DNA of 64,000 nucleotides from a virus, in IMG/VR virus record IMGVR_UViG_3300033753_000334, positions 34,985-98,984 of that record, one strand, 5' to 3'. This document shows positions 1 to 8,924 of the stretch, one piece after another (the stretch's first letter is position 1; every line of letters begins with the position of its first letter). The position numbers and the translations under genes are program-made. The notes beneath the pieces were generated by a model. The model ran no database searches. It was given only the letters and a program-made list of their open reading frames with translations, and had not been told where the DNA came from.

Positions 1-3000
1 GCGCGGATGGCTGGAATAGCTGGTCTGCTACTCTAAAAACTGCTGAAGGTAATACGGTTCGCATGTCCGGTGTGATTAATATGCTGACCGGTGAAATCTA
101 TCGTCAATCTGAATCAATCCGGGAAGCGCAAAGTCGATTGGAACGGTATGCACAGATGTCAGCGATAGCGTCACCATTTGCCAATTCAATGCGTGGGGGT
201 CGCGGATGGCAGAAGGATTATTCTGTACAAAATTACAACCCGGTAACAAGTGGGGGTGCAGAAATCGATCCGGGCGGAGATACAAAAACGTTCATGGGTT
301 CCATTGTTAATACTATGCGATACATGCTGTCCGGGATGCTCATGGGAACACCTACTATGATGTTCCACTCTGCATTCGAAGCAGCAAAAGAATTTGATTA
401 TCAGCTTGAGAAAGCGCGTCAAAACTTCGTTATCAAAGACCCGAAAATGTGGAATCAAGCGATAGAACAAGTGAGTATGAGGCATGGTGATGTGAAGGAT
501 AAGGAAGAATTAAACAAACTTGTGAAAGAAGAATCAAACCGCCTTATATACGAAATCAGGGATGGAGCAGTTGAGCGTCTGCAAAACATTGCGATCACGT
601 ATGCAGTTCCGACTGCCGAAATATCGAAGGCATGGCAGATTGCTTCGCGTATCACAAATTCAGATGATGAAGCAATCGCCTTTACGCGAGAAGTAGCCAA
701 AGTTCGGACATTGGAACAAGTAGACGTAGAAAAGGCAGCAATGGGATTCGAAGCGGTAAAATCACAGTGGGGTTTGAACGGCTATCAGTTGGAGAAGTTC
801 AACAATATGATGATAAAAGCCGCGAACATTTCTACAGCTACAGTTGAGGACTTGCTGGATTTCCAAAAGCGTGCCGGTTCGATTATGCGTAATAATTTAG
901 AGGGGGCAGGATTGAGCAAAAATGATGCGGCTGCATCTTCCATTGCATTTGCATCCTTGTTCAGTCAGGGTTCGGGCAGAAGTGGGGCAGAAGGTGGTAC
1001 ATTTGCGAAAGCTGTAACAGAACGCCCATACCAAAGTGCGCAGGCTGAATATTTCAAGAAGAAGGCCGAACAGTTAAACATTGAGGAATTGAACCCATAC
1101 AAGATAGATGAGTTTGGAAATGTACACAAGAGAGCCTTCACTGACTGGTTTGCTGCGCTATCGAAAGCAATGGTGATAGCGATGCCGACCGACCAGACAG
1201 AAATACTCAAGCAAGCGGCAGGTGTATACCATTCCGGTTCATCAGCGGCAATTCAGGCGATGATTACAGATATGCAGAAAAATGCTGCGGAGATTGCAAA
1301 AAGAGTCAATAACAATCGCAGATCACTAGGGCTAGAAGAATTCGACCCGAAGGCTGATATGGACAAAATAATGAAAGAGTATATTAAGAAAATTAGCGAA
1401 GCAACACCGGAAGAGTCCGAAGTCATGCTCGCTGGAATGTCCACTACATGGAATTTTCAAATTGATCGTGTCAAAGCGATGTGGGAGTCCTCTACATTCA
1501 GAGTGCTTGATGCTTTGAAACCGGAGTTTCAGGATCTGACGACCACATTAGGGGTTTTACTTCGTTCGATGCGAGAAAATGCTACAACATGGGCACAGGC
1601 AATCACAGGAATCACCAATATCGGTATGATGTTAGCAGTTGGATATGGCATGAATACACTCTATAACAAATGGAAGGGATTCGGTCAGCAAACGAGAATG
1701 GATGAAATTGACAGACAACGGGGCTTGTTGCAGGCAGAACGTGGAGCCATTAGTCTTCGCAAGGATTTGTTGGAAGATCGCCTTGCACAATTCCATAGTC
1801 AACATGGGAAAGAAATTGAACGTTTTAACGCGGTAAAAGATGAAAAAGTGTATAAATCGCGTACTGAGTTGATGCAGGCGGAGTGGGATGTGCAGCAAGC
1901 ACGAGACAACTATGAGCGTAGAAAAGGTACGCTCACACCATTCGAGGATGAACAGGAACGGGCGAAAATGTACAGCCTAGAGCGTACAGTGGCGGACAAA
2001 CGAAAAGTAGCGGAGGAACAGGAAAGCAAGCATGGACTTGATTCCAAAGTATTGGATGAATATAGCCGCCTGCAAACGGAAATGGCGCAAGTGGCGGTGC
2101 AGGCTACACGATTAAACCAACGCATGGATATGCTGGACAGAGGGGCGCAACAGTGGGGAGTGGATGTATCGCAATTACAAGTGAAGATGGACAGGTTAGA
2201 CAAAGAGTTTCGGAACGGCTCCATCAATATGGACATGTACAATCAAATGATGAAAGAAACAGCAAGAGCGGCAGGTGTGGCAGAGGATAATATCGAACGC
2301 TTGCAGAAGGAAATGGATAAACTTGAACGCGAATTTAGAGAAGGTGGAATGAGCGCACGAGTCTTCAATAAACAAGTCGATCATCTACGAAACATGCACT
2401 TAGCCGGAGATGCGGCACTTCCGGGCGGCGGGTACGGCGGGAGAGCAAATCAGGGCGGCGCAGATATGTTAAATATGGTTGCGCAAGCTTCCTTGTTCGG
2501 CGCACTCATGGGAGGGTTCAGTGACCGCTCCATATTCACACGCACAGGAGATTTATTCGCGCTAATGAAAGAAGCGGTACGAGAAGGCTCAGCGAGTGGA
2601 TTTATTCGTAGTTTTGGAAGTTTCTTCGGTCGTGGACTTGAACGAGATGAAAACGGGAAAATCGTGCGTGATGAAAATGGGCGCGTCCGTAAAAGACAAC
2701 TTGCCCCAGAGCCAGAAGGTGAGCAGGGAAAAGGTAGGGGGGCGATGAGTAGGCTTGCAACGAGTTCACCACGATTAGCAGGGGCTTTAGGTGGCGGATT
2801 GTCGATGCTTCTTAGGTTATTAGCGGGCGGAGTCGGTTTAGGGCTGTTGACTGGTGGATTCGCTGCATTTACCTATGGTATGGCAAACGATAATGAGAAG
2901 ACGCAGATTGATATTCAGCAATTCAAGGATATCGAGAAGAATGTCATGGCGATGAAAGAATCTTCCTCTTGGTTTATCAGAAGCGTAGTCGGTGTAAAGG

Positions 3001-4343
3001 AAATCATCGACACACTTACCGATGGAGTCAAGTCGATTCTAACAGATGGTTCTCTTGATGGATTCAGAAAGCATGGTAACGCATGGGTGATGGGTTGGAA
3101 CGCACAAACACCGAAAGAGTTTGAGCAGCAGATGGAAGCGCAGGCAGGAGCTCGTATCCGTGAGCAAATGGTTGAGAGGTACGGAGAAGCTGAGGTAAAG
3201 AGACGGGAACAAGTGTTTAGCGAGATGTATTTTAAAGAAGCGAAGACGCTGGAAGATTACAAGAAGATTAGTCATTCATTCCTCGAAAAAGACAGGCAAA
3301 AAACAGAGGAAGAAGAGAAAAAGCTAAAAGAATTCTCAGATAGAGCAAATGGTGTAATAACATATGAGACGATGCAGAGTATCCAAGAATTTCTTGAACC
3401 GATTAAGCGAAAGTTAGAAGTTGCCCGCTCGAATTCAGAAACAGGATACGAAGTTGCCAAGACAAAAGCATTGTTATCAGGGATGCGTGAAGATTCAGAG
3501 CAGGTACGGAAACTAACCAATGATTTCTTGAAAGCACAAATCGGATTGCTTCGAGCGTATACAGCACAAATAGATGAGAAAATGAAGGAAATGATTAATC
3601 GGGCAAAAGAAGAAGAGAAAAAAGGAAAGGTAGGGGAAGTTGAAAAAGTAATGAACAGCCCGGAGTTTATCGCACTCCAACTGGATAAGAACACCCACAA
3701 CGCTCAAATAGTACAAATGCAACTCCAAATGCATCAAACAGATTTATCGGCGATCAGCAGTATCACAACCAAACTGGAACGTGCAAAACGCATGGCACAA
3801 GCAGAAGGAAATATCCGTCGTTCGAACTTGCTACTCGGTGGCGCAAAAGAAGATTCAATGGCTGTCAAAATGGCAGATCGGCAGACGATGTTGAATATCA
3901 ACAATCAAATTGGTCAGGCGATTGTGGAACTACAAAAGCAACTGAACAGTGGCAAGTTTCAAGGTGAAGATCGTAATGATATTTTGCTTCAAATCAAGGA
4001 GCTGCAAGCAGAAAGCCGGGATAACCTTGTTAAAATCCGCGAAAAGATGACAAACAGTCTGTCCACGTACAACTTGCCATCCGGGATTCAAGGAATGACC
4101 TTCCAGGAAGCGATGCAGCGTAAAAATGACTACCGCTCGTATGCGATTACGCAGGGTGGTTTGACAATCAACGTCAACGTACCGGTACAGGGGAATTTTG
4201 GCGATGAGAAGGTAGCGAAGCAGCGCGGGCAGGCAACGGCACGGCAGGTGGCACAAGAAGTATCGAATATCCTGAGTCGTCAGGTGAAATCGTTTGGAGC
4301 GGGAGTGGGGTATTTCAGCCCGTTCGCCGTTGGAAGAACATAG
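1..4343 (+). CDS. Phage tail tape measure protein (5' truncated by window edge)
   Basis: >1426 aa, helical/coiled-coil and Ala/Gly-rich, with tape-measure-like segments (KAANISTATVEDL, SGAEGGT) and hydrophobic stretches; the frame is open upstream of ATG 63 to the window edge; followed by tail genes. Confidence 0.88.
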   Translation, partial: ADGWNSWSATLKTAEGNTVRMSGVINMLTGEIYRQSESIREAQSRLERYAQMSAIASPFANSMRGGRGWQKDYSVQNYNPVTSGGAEIDPGGDTKTFMGSIVNTMRYMLSGMLMGTPTMMFHSAFEAAKEFDYQLEKARQNFVIKDPKMWNQAIEQVSMRHGDVKDKEELNKLVKEESNRLIYEIRDGAVERLQNIAITYAVPTAEISKAWQIASRITNSDDEAIAFTREVAKVRTLEQVDVEKAAMGFEAVKSQWGLNGYQLEKFNNMMIKAANISTATVEDLLDFQKRAGSIMRNNLEGAGLSKNDAAASSIAFASLFSQGSGRSGAEGGTFAKAVTERPYQSAQAEYFKKKAEQLNIEELNPYKIDEFGNVHKRAFTDWFAALSKAMVIAMPTDQTEILKQAAGVYHSGSSAAIQAMITDMQKNAAEIAKRVNNNRRSLGLEEFDPKADMDKIMKEYIKKISEATPEESEVMLAGMSTTWNFQIDRVKAMWESSTFRVLDALKPEFQDLTTTLGVLLRSMRENATTWAQAITGITNIGMMLAVGYGMNTLYNKWKGFGQQTRMDEIDRQRGLLQAERGAISLRKDLLEDRLAQFHSQHGKEIERFNAVKDEKVYKSRTELMQAEWDVQQARDNYERRKGTLTPFEDEQERAKMYSLERTVADKRKVAEEQESKHGLDSKVLDEYSRLQTEMAQVAVQATRLNQRMDMLDRGAQQWGVDVSQLQVKMDRLDKEFRNGSINMDMYNQMMKETARAAGVAEDNIERLQKEMDKLEREFREGGMSARVFNKQVDHLRNMHLAGDAALPGGGYGGRANQGGADMLNMVAQASLFGALMGGFSDRSIFTRTGDLFALMKEAVREGSASGFIRSFGSFFGRGLERDENGKIVRDENGRVRKRQLAPEPEGEQGKGRGAMSRLATSSPRLAGALGGGLSMLLRLLAGGVGLGLLTGGFAAFTYGMANDNEKTQIDIQQFKDIEKNVMAMKESSSWFIRSVVGVKEIIDTLTDGVKSILTDGSLDGFRKHGNAWVMGWNAQTPKEFEQQMEAQAGARIREQMVERYGEAEVKRREQVFSEMYFKEAKTLEDYKKISHSFLEKDRQKTEEEEKKLKEFSDRANGVITYETMQSIQEFLEPIKRKLEVARSNSETGYEVAKTKALLSGMREDSEQVRKLTNDFLKAQIGLLRAYTAQIDEKMKEMINRAKEEEKKGKVGEVEKVMNSPEFIALQLDKNTHNAQIVQMQLQMHQTDLSAISSITTKLERAKRMAQAEGNIRRSNLLLGGAKEDSMAVKMADRQTMLNINNQIGQAIVELQKQLNSGKFQGEDRNDILLQIKELQAESRDNLVKIREKMTNSLSTYNLPSGIQGMTFQEAMQRKNDYRSYAITQGGLTINVNVPVQGNFGDEKVAKQRGQATARQVAQEVSNILSRQVKSFGAGVGYFSPFAVGRT

Positions 4344-4352
4344 ATTAATTTG

Positions 4353-4381
4353 AGTCGCTACCGTTTGGTGGCGGCTTTTTT
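4353..4381 (+). terminator. Rho-independent terminator after the tape measure gene
   Basis: AGTCGCTACC-GTTT-GGTGGCGGCT stem followed by a T run. Confidence 0.75.
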
Positions 4382-4598
4382 GTGGTATGTTTCGTCAAAG
4401 CTATCGAAAATACAAAATGATTCACCATTGTATGCTAAATATTTACATGGTATGATAGAGTAAACCAAGAAAATGACGAACGATTCATACCCTATCATGC
4501 CATGTTCTCTAGTAGAATGATAAGCAAATTAGAGGACATATGGCTATCTTAAAAACTGGACAAGCCATATGCTATCTAGATAAAGGAGCTGATAGTGT

Positions 4599-4760
4599 AT
4601 GTGCGATAAGAACGGAAAGGGTGATGATGATATGATGGAAGTAAAAGAACAAAAAGTTCAAAACATGACTAAAGAAGAGCGCAAGCAGTATGCCCGTGAC
4701 CGTATTAAAAAAATCTGTGACCGTAATGATTCTGCATTAAGGAGATTGTCTAAAAATTGA
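4599..4760 (+). CDS. Small putative antitoxin for the Doc-family toxin (alternative start 4632)
   Basis: Not in the ORF track. AAAGGAG RBS; ends ...DRIKKICDRNDSALRRLSKN; its stop overlaps the TTG start of the doc-like gene; the C-terminus resembles Phd-type neutralising helices. Confidence 0.6.
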   Translation: MCDKNGKGDDDMMEVKEQKVQNMTKEERKQYARDRIKKICDRNDSALRRLSKN

Positions 4761-5173
4761 GTTTAGAAGAATTTGATATAGTTCCTTTAACTTTAGACGA
4801 TATATACGTAATTCATGAGGAAATGTTAGAACGTTACGGCGGGATTTCGGGGGCTAGAGAGCCAGGGTTAATAGAGTATATGACCGAAAAACCCTTTCAA
4901 GAAACTTTCGGCTATATTCTTTACCCTGGCTTATTTTTAAAAGCAGCTTGTTATATGGAGGGATTTGCTACTCATCAATATTTTAATGATGGTAATAAAA
5001 GAACAGCATATGGTTGTGCAGCTTTATTTTTAGATTATAACGGATTTACCATTATTGTTGATGATGAAGAGCTTTTCAATATGACTATGGACGTTGCTCT
5101 TAGAAGAGTTGACGTTAACGAACTTTCAAAGTGGCTTGAATCAGTTTCAGTTCCCTCAGAATACATAGAATAG
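4757..5173 (+). CDS. Doc/Fic-family (death-on-curing) toxin
   Basis: Doc-like layout (IHEEMLERYGG..G.R, LFLKAA) and motif THQYFNDGNKRTA. Confidence 0.88.
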   Translation: MSLEEFDIVPLTLDDIYVIHEEMLERYGGISGAREPGLIEYMTEKPFQETFGYILYPGLFLKAACYMEGFATHQYFNDGNKRTAYGCAALFLDYNGFTIIVDDEELFNMTMDVALRRVDVNELSKWLESVSVPSEYIE

Positions 5174-5174
5174 T

Positions 5175-5206
5175 AAAACACTCTCCTTCAACAGAGGGTG
5201 TTTTTT
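5175..5206 (+). terminator. Rho-independent terminator
   Basis: AAAACACTCTC...GAGGGTGTTTTTT inverted repeat. Confidence 0.7.
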
Positions 5207-5285
5207 ATTTCGCTTAATTTTCCGACAAATATAAAGGTGATTGATGTAAAATGTAGGAAAAAGAAAGAAAAGGGGAGAGGAAATT

Positions 5286-6328
5286 TTGAAGATTGTACAG
5301 TATGTTGGAATAACCATTATATGCCTGTGTTTGCTGATATTAGGTGGGGTGTATGTGCAGCAGACGTTTTTTCCGTTTGAGCGGGGCGCAAAGACGGTGG
5401 GTGTGGATAAACAACCTGAGCCGGAAGTGAAGAAAGATGAACAGGTGAAGGTGGCAGAAAAAGTAGCAGAGACAGAGCGTGAGGAGAAGAAGAAAGGCGC
5501 GATTGTTAGTGGGCAGTTTGCTGTAATAAACAATCCTTGCTTTGCAGCGACTTCAGAGGAAGCGCAAGACGAAATGTATGCGTACATTAGAGAGGGGAAT
5601 ACAGATGGAATTATGAGAATGATGGTCAGATACGATATTTTCAAACTTCCTAAAGGAACGGGAGTGAATGTTGTTAAGCGTGGCTTTACAACGGCGGTGG
5701 TGGAAGTTGTAAATACAGGTGAAGTCGGAATAGTCCCTGTGGAATTTTTGTCTCACCCTGATGATGAGCAGGTGGTTGGTGTTTCTAAAGGAGCAGATGT
5801 GACTAAACCATCAGCTTCTGCGTCTTCTCATCAAGCTAATAAGAACACTGGGAACAATCAAGTATCTTCTGTTGAACAATATTTCCGTGATTTGAAAACG
5901 TATGCAGGAAAAGGGCAGTTAAAGGGAGTAAGTGTAAAAATAGGAGATACACAAGATAAGGTAACAGCTAAATATAAAGAACCATTAGATACAACTTATT
6001 TTAACGGTGGGGATTGGCATGTGTACCCATCTTTCGTTATCATTTTCAACAAAAACGAAGAGGAAGAGACTAATAAAATAGTAGCGCTTGCGATTGACAA
6101 AGATAATATCAAGAAAAAACATGCTGATTTGACTTTTGCCCAAATCAAAAAATTCTTGGGAAACCATTTGAAGAAGCACACGACGAGGATAGTGGTGAAG
6201 GTGATAATGAGTGGCGCCTCGATTATAAAAGCGGTTCATATATACTTTCCTTTCGTGCTTATACTGAAAAAGGAAAAATAAAAGGGATTTACGTTTACAA
6301 ATATAATCCTAATAGCAGACCTGCTTAA
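5286..6328 (+). CDS. Membrane-anchored protein with a C-terminal YjgB/DUF4309-like domain; apparent frameshift near 6160
   Basis: N-terminal TM helix. The track ORF ends at 6281, but restoring one base at TTGGGAAACCA gives the family-like ...IKKFLGKPFEEAHDED...YKSGSYILSF... ending at TAA 6328. Confidence 0.55.
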
Positions 6329-6343
6329 AAATATATAGTAGAG

Positions 6344-7099
6344 GTGAGAATGATGAAAAAGTCAATTGGAAAACTTGTTTTGATTTTGTTGGTGGCAGTC
6401 GTATTATTTCCAGTTACAGTATCGAATGGGGTAGTGGAAGCAGGAACGGACCCAGCGCTTGTTGACAATATGAAAAAGAAGAGTCGTCAGTTTTTCGATA
6501 TGAAAGATGAGAATGGTGTGACGTATAACGTTTATATTTTCTCAAATAACGAAAAAAAGAAAGTGACAGGAAGAAGCGATATATGGGCAGGAGCAAGTGA
6601 AGGTGATATTTGGTATACAGGTGATTACCATATTGCTTTACGTAAGAAAGGAAGTAACGTTGTGCATATTCAACGATACGATGTAGTAGGATACGAGTAT
6701 AACTATACAAGAAAAATGATATACCTTCTTTCGTCCAAGAATATAGGGCAGCCAGATATTATTTCGTTCTCTACAACTGAGTGCTCGAATTGCAGAGAAG
6801 CAAGAATGTATTATATAAAAGATGGGAGAATAGAGAGAGTTAAAATAAAAACTGATGATGATGTGGATGAAACACTGTGGTATTCAGAAAAGCCGAAGGT
6901 AATCGGTAAAAACTTGTATCAATCAGTGGTTTTTACAAATACAGAAGACATCGGAGTTCATTTCAACACCTACTCGTTTAATCCAAAAACAGGTGTTATG
7001 ACACTGATTAAAACGAAGAGTTATATCAACGATCAACAAGAACTAGGCGATGCCATTTATAAAAAGTGGAAAGCGAGTCCTGCCTATGTAGTCAATTGA
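6344..7099 (+). CDS. Secreted protein of unknown function (moron)
   Basis: Signal peptide MKKSIGKLVLILLVAVVLFP...VEA; 251 aa. Confidence 0.7.
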   Translation: MRMMKKSIGKLVLILLVAVVLFPVTVSNGVVEAGTDPALVDNMKKKSRQFFDMKDENGVTYNVYIFSNNEKKKVTGRSDIWAGASEGDIWYTGDYHIALRKKGSNVVHIQRYDVVGYEYNYTRKMIYLLSSKNIGQPDIISFSTTECSNCREARMYYIKDGRIERVKIKTDDDVDETLWYSEKPKVIGKNLYQSVVFTNTEDIGVHFNTYSFNPKTGVMTLIKTKSYINDQQELGDAIYKKWKASPAYVVN

Positions 7100-7179
7100 A
7101 CTTTAACCAAAGAGGGCATCTGTCCTCTCTAATGTTTTCGCGTCGTATCATCACGGGTTGCGGCGGTTTCGTCGTTCTG

Positions 7180-7236
7180 AAAAAATGAGGATGAACTAAC
7201 GGAATGAGACGAAGTTCCGCCGGCTCATCCTCAATT
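7180..7236 (-). terminator. Long hairpin terminator for the XRE gene
   Basis: Minus strand TGAGGATGAGCCGGCGGAA...TTCCGTTAGTTCATCCTCA followed by TTTTTT directly after the stop. Confidence 0.65.
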
Positions 7237-7674
7237 TTATGCTTCTGATTTCGCGGCGGCCTCTTCTCTTTCGTTTCCATTCACTGACTTGGACGACGTT
7301 ACTGTCCTGTCTCGTTGGCGCACCTCACTTCCCTGGCCAAGCAACAAGCCTTCGATGATTCCCTCCACTTTGATTCGGTTCTCCCTGGTCAACCGCCGGA
7401 ATTTGGCCAGAAACTCGATGTCTGCGGGAGAAAAATCCCCTCCGATTGCTTGCTCTGATATACGTGCGGATTTTTCACCCTCCCCTCTTAAAATCCAATC
7501 AGCCGAAACGTCAAAAAAATCGGATAACGCGATCAAAGCGTCGGCTCCAGGTTTAACCTTGTCCAACTCCCAGTCACCAACATTCCCGCGCGAAACGCCG
7601 ATAGCCTCCGCCAAATCCTTCTGACTAATTTTTTTGGTAGCCCGAAGCTCTTTGATCCTTTGGCCAATACTCAT
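7237..7674 (-). CDS. XRE-family HTH repressor, divergent from the Cas12f operon
   Basis: MSIGQRIKELRATKKISQKDLAEAIGVSRGNVGDWE...P; GGAGGGTG RBS supports ATG 7674. Confidence 0.92.
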   Translation of the reverse strand: MSIGQRIKELRATKKISQKDLAEAIGVSRGNVGDWELDKVKPGADALIALSDFFDVSADWILRGEGEKSARISEQAIGGDFSPADIEFLAKFRRLTRENRIKVEGIIEGLLLGQGSEVRQRDRTVTSSKSVNGNEREEAAAKSEA

Positions 7675-7717
7675 TAGATCACCCTCCGCATTAATATTCG
7701 AGCAATACAAGAAAAAT

Positions 7718-7770
7718 ACACGTAAAATTACGCGTTTATTGTTGATTATACACTAATATACGTGTATTAT
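7718..7770 (+). promoter_or_regulatory. SigA-type promoter with two operator-like inverted repeats
   Basis: TTGATT (7742-7747)-17 nt-TATTAT (7765-7770); imperfect palindromes ACACGTAA-AA-TTACGCGT and ATACAC...GTGTAT, the second filling the -35/-10 spacer. Confidence 0.65.
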
Positions 7771-7835
7771 ATTGGTAGATAGAAAACCACATCACAAACC
7801 GATTCTACCATACCGCAATAGGTGCAAACAGTCGA

Positions 7836-7852
7836 ACCTTGACAACTGAATA
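7836..7852 (+). promoter_or_regulatory. boxA-like antitermination element
   Basis: ACCTTGACAACTGAATA resembles the Firmicutes rrn boxA (CTTTGAAAACT..A); lies in the 5' UTR of the Cas12f operon. Confidence 0.45.
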
Positions 7853-7889
7853 GCAAGATTCAGTGGATATTTGTGAGGAGGGAAATCGT

Positions 7890-8387
7890 ATGAACCAAAA
7901 AACTGGTTTGCTAGACGAGATGATGGCATTTTTGCTTCAACCTCATAGACTCACATACAAAGACGTATACACAGCACTTGATATACTCATTTTATGTCCG
8001 GAGTGGGAGCGAGAGCAAGCATGGGATATTTTGAAGGCGGTGACTCGTAGATACGAAATTGCCCCCGCTGATGATTGGCAGGAAGAAACAGGGGATTTTC
8101 TCGAAGATATGAAAATTATTTTGGACAGACCGGAACGACCGGATGATATTGAACTGTACGATGCCATTATTTCGCTAATGTTGTGCCAGGAATCGGAACG
8201 CGAGGAAGCGTGGAATATCATGCGAGCTATCGTGTATCGGTATGAGAACGAGCCAATCGTTTCGACACAAGATGTAGTTGATGTAGAAGAGTTGTTTCAA
8301 GAAATATTTCGTCTGATTAGCTTGGCAGAGCAGTTAAATCAAGAAGAAGTAGAATACTACGATGGCTATTCTGTGCTGGTGAGCTAA
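7890..8387 (+). CDS. Acidic two-repeat hypothetical protein, first gene of the Cas12f operon
   Basis: GAGGAGG RBS; internal duplication LCPEWEREQAWDILKAVTRRYE / LCQESEREEAWNIMRAIVYRYE; D/E-rich. Confidence 0.75.
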   Translation: MNQKTGLLDEMMAFLLQPHRLTYKDVYTALDILILCPEWEREQAWDILKAVTRRYEIAPADDWQEETGDFLEDMKIILDRPERPDDIELYDAIISLMLCQESEREEAWNIMRAIVYRYENEPIVSTQDVVDVEELFQEIFRLISLAEQLNQEEVEYYDGYSVLVS

Positions 8388-8413
8388 ACACAGGGCAGGA
8401 GTTGTTTGGGCTG

Positions 8414-8580
8414 ATTCGGCAGCCTCAAGTCGAGAAGTGCGCTAGAAAGGATAGCGCAACACTCGATAAGGTACACGCTTATGCGTGGGAAACGTCATAC
8501 ATGAAAACCGTATGACCACCATCGTCGGTCAGGAATGATGTGAAAGTATCAGGAGAGCGACGAATACAAAGAGCAGGAAT
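8414..8580 (+). ncRNA. Cas12f1 tracrRNA, copy 1
   Basis: Same layout as the AsCas12f1 tracrRNA as I recall it (5' ATTCG, CGAGAAGTGC stem, CTCG.TAAGGTA); anti-repeat ATACAAAGAGCAGGAAT (8564-8580) complementary to the array 1 repeat. Confidence 0.85.
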
Positions 8581-8664
8581 ATCACAGTTTCTGCAAGATA
8601 TGAGCAGAAAAGTGCAAGACATGCTGATGACCTGAAAATATAGAGGTTTCAAGGCTTCGCATGA

Positions 8665-8892
8665 GTTTCTGCTCGATGTAACTGGAGTGCGAAGTTGGCT
8701 CTTATCTTCCTGCCCGAGCAACAGTCCTTCGTTTCTGCTCGATGTAACTGGAGTGCGAAGATAATTTGATCGAGCTGTGCTTTTTCATCCAGCTTTGTTT
8801 CTGCTCGATGTAACTGGAGTGCGAAGGTAAGTAAGGTCGGCGATAATGGAAGGGAGAGCAGTGTTTCTGCTCAATGTAGCTGGGGTGCGAAG
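8665..8892 (+). CRISPR. CRISPR mini-array 1: 4 repeats, 3 spacers
   Basis: 30-nt repeat GTTTCTGCTCGATGTAACTGGAGTGCGAAG at 8665, 8731 and 8797, with a degenerate copy at 8863; three 36-nt spacers (8695-8730, 8761-8796, 8827-8862). Confidence 0.96.
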
Positions 8893-8924
8893 TTCAATGC
8901 AGCCAAAACAAGGGAGGCAAGAAA

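Noticed and set aside
7315-7353. Lethal self-targeting by spacer 1
   Set aside because: Only 6 of the 15 PAM-proximal bases match, so cleavage is unlikely despite the TTG
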